DNA of 64,000 nucleotides, taken from NCBI GenBank assembly GCA_037447605.1, contig CM074820.1, positions 2,237,779 to 2,301,778 of the forward strand, written 5' to 3'. This document shows positions 32,060 through 42,500 of this stretch, piece after piece (positions within the stretch are counted from its first letter, which is position 1; every line of letters begins with the position of its first letter). Origin of the DNA: Zygnema circumcarinatum SAG 698-1b. Taxonomy: Eukaryota > Plantae > Zygnematophyceae. The translations under genes were made by a program, and so were the position numbers. The notes beneath the pieces were generated by a model. That model was not told the DNA's origin. It was given only the letters and a program-made list of their open reading frames with translations, and did no database searches.

Positions 32060-32110
<51 letters not shown>

Positions 32111-35100
32111 GAGATCGATTCCCGGGCTTATTGAGCTGCAGAATGCTTGCTTGCAGGCGGTGTTCAATCACCGTGGCTCGCATTTCACCAACACTTCGTT
32201 TCTGCAATTTGTCTTATTCCTGACTTTTTTGGGTTTATGGCTCTAAAATGAAATTGCTCATTATCAACATTCTTGTTTGATTCGGCGATCATTAGGAGGC
32301 AGTTGACTCTGACAGTATTTTTAAACTTATGAAGCCGGATCCATTGAGCTAACCTCCTTTCACATGATGAAATGGCTCCGAGTTTGTGGTTGCACCCTCA
32401 TTATGCACCCATGGTTCCGCATCTGCACATGCCGCAAGCGGTTCTTTCTGCCCGTTGAACGATTCCTTGGATTGTTTCCACCGGTTGTTGTGAAAATGCA
32501 AAGGTCTGACCAAATTATTGAACACGAGTGAGCGTGCTTTCTTGACGTCCAAACAGTTTGACTTGTTGGCACGCTTCTGATGCCCTTGTCCGGGTCGTTA
32601 TTCGCGGTTGTTGAAATGTTCAGCACTCCTGTCGGTGTGTGTTGAAGTCAGTGTACTATGTGATGCAGTGAGCCTGAGTGAGTCTTGTTTTGCGCGTTGC
32701 CTGCCGCAGAACCTCCATGGTGAGTGTAGTCGGTAACTCCGGAGCGCCGGTGGAAGGCGTCGCGCCCATCCAGAGCTTCGAGGTGCGCCTAACCCTCCCC
32801 TCCCCTCCCCTCCCCCGCCCGCCGCCTGTGCGCTGTGAAGCGAACCGCATGGGCGGAGGAACACCTGTCGCCTGTGTGCTTTGGAGGGACTAAGCGGCCG
32901 CTGGATGGTCTGCTTCATGGCTATGTTGGAGCTTCCGGCTTGTTGCGACAGACAAACCGCTCACTTTTACAGAACATTCAAATGGAGTGTTTGTCGCTGT
33001 CGGTAGAACAAGGGCCAGGCGCTGATAATGTGCTGACTGCAGTGATAGCTTGTCTCCCGCCATGAAATGATGCCCAAAGGAGTGATTGGCGTGTATGTGG
33101 CTGTGGGGGGCAGGTGGAGATATATCCGCTGAAGATTCACCTCACGGATGCGATGTATCGTCGTACATGGCAGTACCTCTTTCCCAAGGATCTGGACCCA
33201 CAGGTTGGGCAGGTACGGCTTACCAAATGTGAACTTGCAAAGAAGATTCGCCGCTACGCTCTACTGCAGCTTCACCATCAGGATTTTTTCCGTACTTTGA
33301 TATGGTGGAGTCGATGACGATGCTCTGTGCATTTCCAAACTACTAGGAACGTATTTGTGTGTTTTCTTCCCGTTGCATGATGACTCCTTGTTGTTTTTTT
33401 ATTTGACATCACTTGTTATGAGCCGATGACTCTTAAGGTGTCCGCAGAGCACAACTTTCTCTTATAGTGCCTTTTTTTTTTTTTTTTTCAATTGCGTAGC
33501 GTTACTTGTCTCACGTCAATGATAACGTTTGGGTTGAGTTGAAACATGCTCGTCCCTTAACCGGGTGGGGCTGGAAGATATGTGATGTACAGGACCGAGT
33601 GGGTGGTTTTAAGGAGGTTAATTTCGGGTTTCTGACTGATGACGGACTTGGAGTTGTGTTTTTTATTGATTTCTTCCAGGAGACTTATCGACCTACTTCG
33701 TCAAAACGAACCTCAAAGAGAAAGATCTCAACAGGAGCATCTGGGCCATTGTCGGGGACACTCGGACGGACAGACTTGGAAGCCCTCACACCCGCTCATC
33801 TGGAAGCCTTTGGAGCTGACCTTATGGCAACGCAGGACACCCAGGTATGAAACTCTTCATTCTTGTCTCTGGCTCGTTGTTAATCCGGAGTCGCACCATT
33901 CAAGCGTGTTGACAAATGTATTCTCCTTGACGTGATACTCCATTCAGTTTCTTGCTTCCTTTCTCAAAAGAAACTCAAACTCTACTATGGTTTCTTTTGC
34001 CTCGAGAGCGCCTGTCGTGATTGGGGAAAGGAAACGGATCCCCCCCTTCCCCTTTGCCCTCCTTCTCCCCCCCCCCCCTTAAAAACCCTAAAAACCCTAA
34101 AAACCCTTAAAACCCTAAAAACCCTAAAAATCCTAAAAACCCTAAAAACCCTAAAAACCCTAAAAAGTGATGAAGTGATCCACCTTCCGCCCTTCATTCC
34201 CCTACCGCAGGCCGGCCGAGTTCGCGAGGCAGCGGGGCCGTTGGCCTCTGCGGCGGAGAGCGGGAGTCATCTCGATTCCCATTTCCTGCGCAGCATGAGC
34301 AGCCCCTCCAGCATAGAGGCCGCCGCCGGGCCCTCCCCTCCGTTCAGCGACGAAGCGCGCTTTGGGAAATTCCTGAGCGACTCGACACCCGCCGCTGCGC
34401 TGCCCCCATCTCGCCACGCGATCTCGGGGACGGGGCCTGGAGGGGCGGCAGGCGAGGCTGAGGGATCGGCATGGAGCGGAGAGAGAGAGATGAGAGTGCA
34501 GAGAGGGAGGGAGGGGGACGACGGCAAGCCGGGGCTTAAACATGTGAGGAGAGGGAGCAGAGGGGGTCAATGGGAGGGGGGGGGCAAGGAGAAAGAAAAG
34601 CTGGAAGGGAAGGGCGGGAGGAAAACAAACAAGCTTGCCAAGCAGGATGAGCGCGTGTTTCGACAGGAGGAGAAACTGGCAGAGAAGCTAAGGACAAGGA
34701 GGGCGATGCTAGAAAAGCAGAGGGCGGAAAAGGAACAGAAAAAGCTGTTATATATCAAGTACATCAAAATCAGCCGGGTAGGAACTCTCTTTCGCTAGAA
34801 AGTCTTGTGCTGCTTTGTCTGTCCCTTGAGGGGAGATACTGTAGGGGATAGGTTTTGCTTTGGAGAAGCTGATTTTTTACCAAACCACGATTTTGAAAGT
34901 TCTCTGATAGGTGAGCACAAGCGGGGCCTCCTTGATTTGTCCGTTGGCTTCAGTTGCTCTAACCCGTGCTTGTTTGGGTCGAGCAACAGGTAGAGCTTCT
35001 TGTCACGTACAAGGGGAGTCGTTATTCTGTGACAGAACTCCGGCTGCTGTTAGATACCTTCACCCGAAGTGAATTCACGGGAACATGGCGCAAACTTTTT

Positions 35101-35911
35101 GGGAAGATAAAGAAACACGTCATATGGGGCGTTTTGAAGTCAGTTGCGGGAATGCAGGTGCAGAAATCAAACTTTACTGCCATCCCCCTATCTGTTGTTT
35201 TGCTATTGTCCCTTCAGCAGTTGCCCTTACGCCTTCGCGGCTGTGCAGGGCTCCAAGTTCAAGGACCGCGCGCAGCCTCCGCCGGCCGGCAGCGAGGGGG
35301 GCAGCGGCCCGGAGAGCGACTCGGACAGCGAGACCTCCTCTCTGGGCCAACGGGCGGCAGTGCCGGCCCACCACTTCAGTCTGGCCAGCCTCAAGAAGCA
35401 GTCGGATAGGGCGGGGGAGGGCTTTGTGTCGTCAATTAAGGGCCTCTTTAACTCCCAAAAGAGAATAGTGAAACCCTTTCTTCGGCGGGCACACACTGAA
35501 GGCTTGAACAGAGAAGGAAGCGATGGGGAGGGAGGAGACACAGTTGCGAGCACTTTAGGCAGCAGAGACGGAAAGGAAGGTTCTGTGACCAAGACGAAAG
35601 GATTTTTGGCTTTTGGAAAACCTATGATGCTGCGTCGACCATCTGGACGTCTCAAAGGTATAATATCTCTTTCAGCTACTTCCCTGATCCGCATGCAACC
35701 CAGCATTTCAGATGCAATAAGTAGATGTAGGCAAATCAGATTCTTGCACCTTCCCTCGACCCCAAAAAACCCTAAAGTCAACTTGTTGTGCAAATACTGT
35801 GATCAGGGAGGTACGAACTGGAGCATGCCGCAAGTCCATCGCAGGACTCTGTTGATCCTGCCTCCGACGAGTCAGCGCACGAGGGCATGGGGGCGGAGGC
35901 CGCATCCATGA
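20219..35911 (+). CDS. SAB: SABRE / KINKY POLLEN-like bridge-like lipid transfer protein (BLTP2/FMP27/Hobbit family), ~20 exons
   Basis: Exon 1 20219-20289 encodes a hydrophobic N-anchor (MALSPVAFVLLFLTLATGAWLLA). Then 20438-20549 (VSFRVLGLLRLKDVAIKFKK), 21410-21673 (GRGKWRLL), two giant exons ~24897-27286 and ~27631-29577 (NFGNQGGEV, LPWWDIMRYYMHG, YDPFRS, RSGNFSL), and later exons (FNLHSEDAKGRFLLAA, MDSRQFQILVDVISNL, AWNPPPDWG, EIYPLKIHLT, YIKISRVELLVTYKGSRY, TWRKLFGKIKKHVIWGVLKSVAGMQ, AGEGFVSSIKGLFNSQ). These match the Arabidopsis SABRE motif order as I recall it. The exact 3' end is uncertain. Confidence 0.93.
22423..22487. repeat. Intronic ~11-bp minisatellite (gggaccgtca/g), 5-6 copies
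   Basis: Read directly at the 5' end of a SABRE intron. Confidence 0.85.
34081..34166. repeat. Interstitial telomere-like 9-mer repeat (AAAAACCCT)x9 = (TTTTTAGGG)n
   Basis: Nine tandem units, two with single changes, inside the SABRE intron ~33845-34209. Confidence 0.9.
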
Positions 35912-36480
35912 TGACAAAACACTGACTCGGTGCTCAAGCGCTTAACGACTAGCATTGCCTTGCACTTCTTAGAATAAAATTTGTATTGTCCTAGTACATT
36001 CACTTTTCTTCACAGTGCTTCCAGCCGGTCACAATAGCTTGAGAATGTAGTTGACACTAGAACCAGCTTGTTGACCTCAAGTTCTTTAGCATTTCATAGC
36101 CATTGCTGTAGTCATTTTGCAGGTAATGGCTACTCAGGCCATACATCCAGCGAGATGAACCTTGAAGATTACTACGTAGTATTTAGGACTGCCTGACCCA
36201 TGCTTTGTACATTACTAAGCAGCCTTACTGTAATTACTTTGTGACAAAATGCACTTGGAATGCAGTGGAAACAGCGCGGGTTAGGGTTTTCAGGGTGTCG
36301 TTGGGTGTTTTTGGCTTTTTCAGGAAGTTTTAGGGTTTTTTGGGTTCTACGCTCAGGCTTCATGGCTAACCGTTTGCACAAGGCGGTGACTGACTAAAGC
36401 CAGCAAAGGCGCAGAAAAGCCTCAACCATATGGTTAACCATCAGCCAGCCAACCAGCCAGCCAGCCAACCAGCAAATAGT

Positions 36481-36678
36481 TTGATTTCAAATTCTCGTTC
36501 TCCAAATTCAGTTTTGGACCTTTTTGAGTTGTGACACCCGCAACAGGACTGCTGACCTATACACACATATTCCGTTATTTATAACTTTTTTGTATTTTAC
36601 CTTTTTCGACCGGTTTTTTTTTTTGAATCTAGCTACAGTGTCTGCCCTATCCACAAATCGTTTAATTTCAATTTCTCG
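36481..36678 (-). repeat. Diverged, inverted copy (~1.1 monomers) of the 174-bp satellite
   Basis: Aligns by eye to the reverse complement of the monomer: cgttctcc..ttcag..tggac..gtgacac..gcaa..cctatacac..ccgttat.tataacttttttgt.ttttac..ctacagtgt..cacaaa..tcaattt..cgttctccc. Confidence 0.8.
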
Positions 36679-38461
36679 TTCTCCCAAATTGACTCAAACT
36701 TTCTGTGCATACGGCGGACACACTGTAGAGTAACGCTGAGAAATTTCGGTGCAAAAAAGTAAAAGACAAAAACGTTATATATAACGGAGTGGACGTGTGT
36801 AGGAACGCAACCTATTGCACGTGTCACAAAAACGTCCATATCTGAATAGGGAGAACTCTTAACAGACTCAAACGTTTTGTGCATACGGCGGACACACTGT
36901 AGAGTGACTCTAAGAAATTTCGGTGCAAAAAAGTAAAAGACAAAAAAGTTATGTATAACGGAGTGGACGTGTATAGGAACGCAACCTATTGCAGGTGTGA
37001 CATAAACGTCCATATCTGAATAGGGAGAACGCCAAATTGACTCAAACTTTTTGTGCATACGGCGGACACACTGTAAAGTGACGCTGAGAAATTTCGGTGC
37101 AAAAAAGTAAAAGACAAAAAAATTATATATAACGGAGTGGACGTGTACCGGAACGCAACCAATTGCACGTGTCACAAAAACGTCCATATCTGAATAGGGA
37201 GAACGCCAAATTGACTCAAACTTTTTGTGCATACGGCGGACACACTGTAAAGTGACGCTGAGAAATTTCGGTGCAAAAAAGTAAAAGACAAAAAAGTTAT
37301 GTATAACGGAGTGGACGTGTATAGGAACGCAACCTATTGCACGTGTCACAAAAACGTCCATATCTGAATAGGGAGAACGCTTAACAGACTCAAACGTTTT
37401 GTGCATACGGCGGACACACTGTAGAGTGACGCTGAGAAATTTCGGTGCAAAAAAGTAAAAGACAAAAAAAGTTATATATAACGGAGTGGACGTGTATAGG
37501 AACGCAACCTATTGCACGTGTCACAAAAACGTCCATATCTGAATAGGGAGAACGCCAAATTGACTCAAACTTTTTGTGCATACGGCGGACACACTGTAGA
37601 GTGACGCTGAGAAATTTCGGTGCAAAAAAGTAAAAGACAAAAAAGTTATATATAACGGAGTGGACGTGTATAGGAACGCAACCTATTGCACGTGTCACAA
37701 AAACGTCCATATCTGAATAGGGAGAACGCCAAATTGACTCAAACTTTTTGTGCATACGGCGGACACACTGTAGAGTGACGCTGAGAAATTTCGGTGCAAA
37801 AAAGTAAAAGACAAAAAAGTTATGTATAACGGAGTGGACGTGTATAGGAACGCAACCTATTGCACGTGTCACAAAAACGTCCATATCTGAATAGGGAGAA
37901 CGCTTAATTGACTCAAACTTTTTGTGCATACGGCGGACTCACTGTAGAGTGACGCTGAGAAATTTCGGTGCAAAAAAGTAAAAGACAAAAAAGTTATATA
38001 TAACGGAGTGGACGTGTATAGGAACGCAACCTATTGCACGTGTCACAAAAACGTCCATATCTGAATAGGGAGAACGCCAAATTGACTCAAACTTTTTGTG
38101 CGTACGGCGGACACACTGTAGCGTGACGCTGAGAAATTTCGGTGCAAAAAAGTAAAAGACAAAAAAGTTATATATAACGGAGTGGACGTGTATAGGAACG
38201 CAACCTATTGCACGTGTCACAAAAACGTCCATATCTGAATAGGGAGAACGCCAAATTGACTCAAACTTTTTGTGCATACGGCGGATTCACTGTAGAGTGA
38301 CGGTGAGAAATTTCGGTGCATAAAAATAAAAGACAAAAAAGTTATATATAACGGAGTGGACGTGTATACGAACGCAACCTATTGCACGTGTCACAAAAAC
38401 GTCCATATCTGAATAGGGAGAACGCCAAATTGACTCAAACTTTTTGTGCATACGGCAGATT
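36679..38461 (+). repeat. 174-bp tandem satellite array, ~10 monomers
   Basis: The landmark GAGTGGACGT occurs at 36787, 36961, 37135, 37309, 37484 and 37658 (spacing 174, once 175). Monomers are highly similar. Confidence 0.98.
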
Positions 38462-39538
38462 TGTTAAAGCAGGGGTCTGCTCCCCGCTTCCGGCTCCACC
38501 TTGCGTGTCGCCCTCCATTGGAACTTGAGTTCCCACTGATGAAGACATTTAACTCTCAAAGCTCTACCTTACTTCACTCATCGCCCATAACTACAGAATG
38601 AAGCTTCAAGATAAGCACAGCGGAAATCACAAAGAGAGAGTGTTAGGAGAAAGCTCACAGCTCTAAAACTCCTTATAATAAAATGTCTTCCCCACAATGA
38701 AATTCTTCCACTACTTCAAGGTCCCTCTTACTCACTACCTCACGACACAAGTGTAGGCAGCCTAGCAGCACGAGCAGGTTCTGAATAAGACCCAAGACTA
38801 TGATTGAGTAGTGTACGTGGGTTACTTCCCATAATAAAACTACGCACTATATAATATGGCATCCGTGACGTGACACACATGTCACGTCCCGTCCGCCATT
38901 GCAAACCCATGCACCGAGTCTGAGTGGGCGCACTAAAAAATAGCGACTAGCTAGCTGCTTCGTAAACCTACGGCGGCGCCGACCTAGTTCTTGTCGGATC
39001 GTACATCCGTCCGTACTGTTTCGNNNNNNNNNNNNNNNNNNNNNNNNNNNNNNNNNNNNNNNNNNNNNNNNNNNNNNNNNNNNNNNNNNNNNNNNNNNNN
39101 NNNNNNNNNNNNNNNNNNNNNNNNNNNNNNNNNNNNNNNNNNNNNNNNNNNNNNNNTTAGTGTGTGCCATACAATGTCTAACTATCATACACTAACACTA
39201 ACAATCCCCCTCTTGGGACTCAGTTCCTCATGGGCCCTAGCCCAATCAACCTGCTGTTCACTAGTAGTGTCTCCCCGCTGACCCCCTTAGTCAACATGTC
39301 TGCAGCCTGCTCTTTTGTTCCTACAAACTTCACCACTATCATCCCTTCCTCTACCAACTCTCGCACATAATGATATTGCACCCTAATGTGCTTGGTTCTT
39401 TTATGGAATACAGGGTTTTCCATAAGAGCTATAGATGACTAGTTGTCCGTAAAAAGAGTCAATGGTGTTTGTGGTCGCTTACATTCATCAAAGAAATGTT
39501 GGAACCACATCCCCTCCTTCGCTGCGTGGCACGCTCCC
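38462..39538 (-). mobile_element. Ty1/copia family A: 3' LTR (38462-39203, contains N gap), PPT and RNase H end, interrupted at 39539 by a family B LTR
   Basis: LTR termini TGTT...AACA; purine tract aagaggggga at 39204-39214; ORF 39220-39423 PVFHKRTKHIRVQYHYVRE...ADMLTK is the copia RNase H tail. Confidence 0.9.
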
Positions 39539-42500
39539 TGTTGGTGCAGGGACTCCTCCACTGCTGCCGTCCGTTCCTCCATTCGGGTCACCCTCCATCG
39601 GAGTTCGCGTTCCAATTGATGATGACATTTCCAAATCCCTCACATTCACTCATAGCCCATTTTACTCACAGAGTGAATCACAGCAATAATGCACAGCGGA
39701 ATAACAGAGAGAAAAGGATAGGAGAAAGCTCCTGGCTCTAAAACTCCTTAATAGTGAATTCACTCATACATTGAGAGACCCCCTCTCAAATCGGCCGCTC
39801 AGCAATCTCACAGCTCACTACCTCGCAGCACGAGCAAGTGTAGTGTCGCAACACGAGCGAACAGCATAACAGAGACTACAACAGCCTGAATGAATTGTTG
39901 ACCTACACAACAAAAACAAACCTTAAATACTATGTCACTTCACACGTGACAACATGCTACGAAGCTTCACAACATCGACTAGCGGCCTGCAAGGGCCCTA
40001 TCCCGATCCTAATCNNNNNNNNNNCGCTACCGAGTCCTGCAACTTGGAGCTCCACGAAATCGCTCCACCTCCATACAGGTAAATGAAACCTGAAGTCGAG
40101 CGCGATGTATCTACATCACCACCCCAATCTGAGTCTGTATAGCCAATCACCCTGGTTGGCCCCCTCTCGTACCTGATCCCATAATCAAGCATCCCTCTCA
40201 CATATCTGAATATCCTCTTCACGGCCTCCCAATGCTCGAGGCCCGGATTCTCCATGAATCGGCAGGCCGAGCTCACTGCTTTCGCCAGGTCCGGACGCGT
40301 TCCAATCATAAGGTACATCAGACTCCCAATCGCAGACCTGTAAGGCACTCCGAACATCTTCTGCGCCTCTGCTGCACTCGAAGGTGACATCTCCTTCGAC
40401 AATCTAGTGCCTATCTCCATCGGGCTGGAGCATGGCCTAGAATCCTCCAAATGGAACCGGGCAAGGACATCCGATGCATACTTCTTCTGACACAAGAATA
40501 AGCTGCCATCCTGCCCCCTCTTCAGCTGCATCCCAAGCAGATACTGCGCCTCACCCAAATCTGACATCTTGAAGTTTGCCTGAAGCAACTCCTTCAAGGA
40601 ACTGATTCTTTCAAGCGAGAGGCTCACCATTATGAGATCGTCAACATAGATCCCGACGAACATGATGTCCGCCCCCTCTCCTTGACGGTACACGGAATGA
40701 TATGTTTCGAATCGGTTGAAGCCATTCCACCTCAGAAGATCATCTATCTTCTCGTACCACACTTTGGGCGCCTGCTTCAAACCATATAGGCTTTTCACTA
40801 GTCGACAGACTAGGTGTTCCTTTCCTGGGACCACCTTCCCCTCTGGCTGCTCCATGTAGATCTCTTTCGTTAGATCTCCGTACAGGAATGCCGTCTTGAT
40901 GTCCAGCTGATGGACATGCATTCCTTCAGCCGCTGCAATGGAAATCAAGGCTCTCAAGGAGTTGAACTTTACCACTGGAGCGAAAGTCTCCACGTAGTCA
41001 ACTCCATACTTCTGGGCGTATCCCTTCGCCACTAACCGCGCCTTGTATCTGTCCACGCTTCCGTCTGCCTTCCTCTTGACTTTGAAGACCCATTTGCAGC
41101 CAATAGCTCGCCTCCCTTGAGGCAGCTTCTCCAACCTCCACGTGCCGTTCTCTATCAAGCTGTCCCACTCGCTATCGATCGCCACCCGCCATTTGTCGCC
41201 ATCGACTCCGTCGTGCGCTTCCTCAAAGGTCTGTGGCTCCGTGATCATAAAGCAATGGGCAATTCCCACAAGNNNNNNNNNNCGCTACCGAGTCCTGCAA
41301 CTTGGAGCTCCACGAAATCGCTCCACCTCCATACAGGTAAATGAAACCTGAAGTCGAGCGCGATGTATCTACATCACCACCCCAATCTGAGTCTGTATAG
41401 CCAATCACCCTGGTTGGCCCCCTCTCGTACCTGATCCCATAATCAAGCATCCCTCTCACATATCTGAATATCCTCTTCACGGCCTCCCAATGCTCGAGGC
41501 CCGGATTCTCCATGAATCGGCAGGCCGAGCTCACTGCTTTCGCCAGGTCCGGACGCGTTCCAATCATAAGGTACATCAGACTCCCAATCGCAGACCTGTA
41601 AGGCACTCCGAACATCTTCTGCGCCTCTGCTGCACTCGAAGGTGACATCTCCTTCGACAATCTAGTGCCTATCTCCATCGGGCTGGAGCATGGCCTAGAA
41701 TCCTCCAAATGGAACCGGGCAAGGACATCCGATGCATACTTCTTCTGACACAAGAATAAGCTGCCATCCTGCCCCCTCTTCAGCTGCATCCCAAGCAGAT
41801 ACTGCGCCTCACCCAAATCTGACATCTTGAAGTTTGCCTGAAGCAACTCCTTCAAGGAACTGATTCTTTCAAGCGAGAGGCTCACCATTATGAGATCGTC
41901 AACATAGATCCCGACGAACATGATGTCCGCCCCCTCTCCTTGACGGTACACGGAATGATATGTTTCGAATCGGTTGAAGCCATTCCACCTCAGAAGATCA
42001 TCTATCTTCTCGTACCACACTTTGGGCGCCTGCTTCAAACCATATAGGCTTTTCACTAGTCGACAGACTAGGTGTTCCTTTCCTGGGACCACCTTCCCCT
42101 CTGGCTGCTCCATGTAGATCTCTTTCGTTAGATCTCCGTACAGGAATGCCGTCTTGATGTCCAGCTGATGGACATGCATTCCTTCAGCCGCTGCAATGGA
42201 AATCAAGGCTCTCAAGGAGTTGAACTTTACCACTGGAGCGAAAGTCTCCACGTAGTCAACTCCATACTTCTGGGCGTATCCCTTCGCCACTAACCGCGCC
42301 TTGTATCTGTCCACGCTTCCGTCTGCCTTCCTCTTGACTTTGAAGACCCATTTGCAGCCAATAGCTCGCCTCCCTTGAGGCAGCTTCTCCAACCTCCACG
42401 TGCCGTTCTCTATCAAGCTGTCCCACTCGCTATCGATCGCCACCCGCCATTTGTCGCCATCGACTCCGTCGTGCGCTTCCTCAAAGGTCTGTGGCTCCGT

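Noticed and set aside
33932-34209. ORF extension with LKTLKTLKT repeat
   Set aside because: Read-through of the intronic (AAAAACCCT)n tract. A good AG acceptor at ~34208-34209 and a GT donor at ~33845 define it as intron.
36633-38277. Long minus-strand ORFs made of a 58-aa repeat (MHKKFESIWRSPYSDMDVF...), also at 62221-62922
   Set aside because: A by-product of a 174-bp unit divisible by 3. A stop-free frame in some frame is likely by chance (about 6% per frame), the variants between units are freely non-synonymous, and a 1-bp indel and a stop break the frame.
36679-38461. Possible CRISPR-like or RNA-gene (5S/tRNA/snRNA) array
   Set aside because: Units are contiguous with no unique spacers, the context is eukaryotic, and I recognise no 5S, tRNA or snRNA motifs.
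40025-41272. Apparent tandem duplication of the RT region (versus 41283-42530)
   Set aside because: Both copies start at the same base right after a 10-N gap and look identical apart from about one base near the end. Most likely one contig placed twice.
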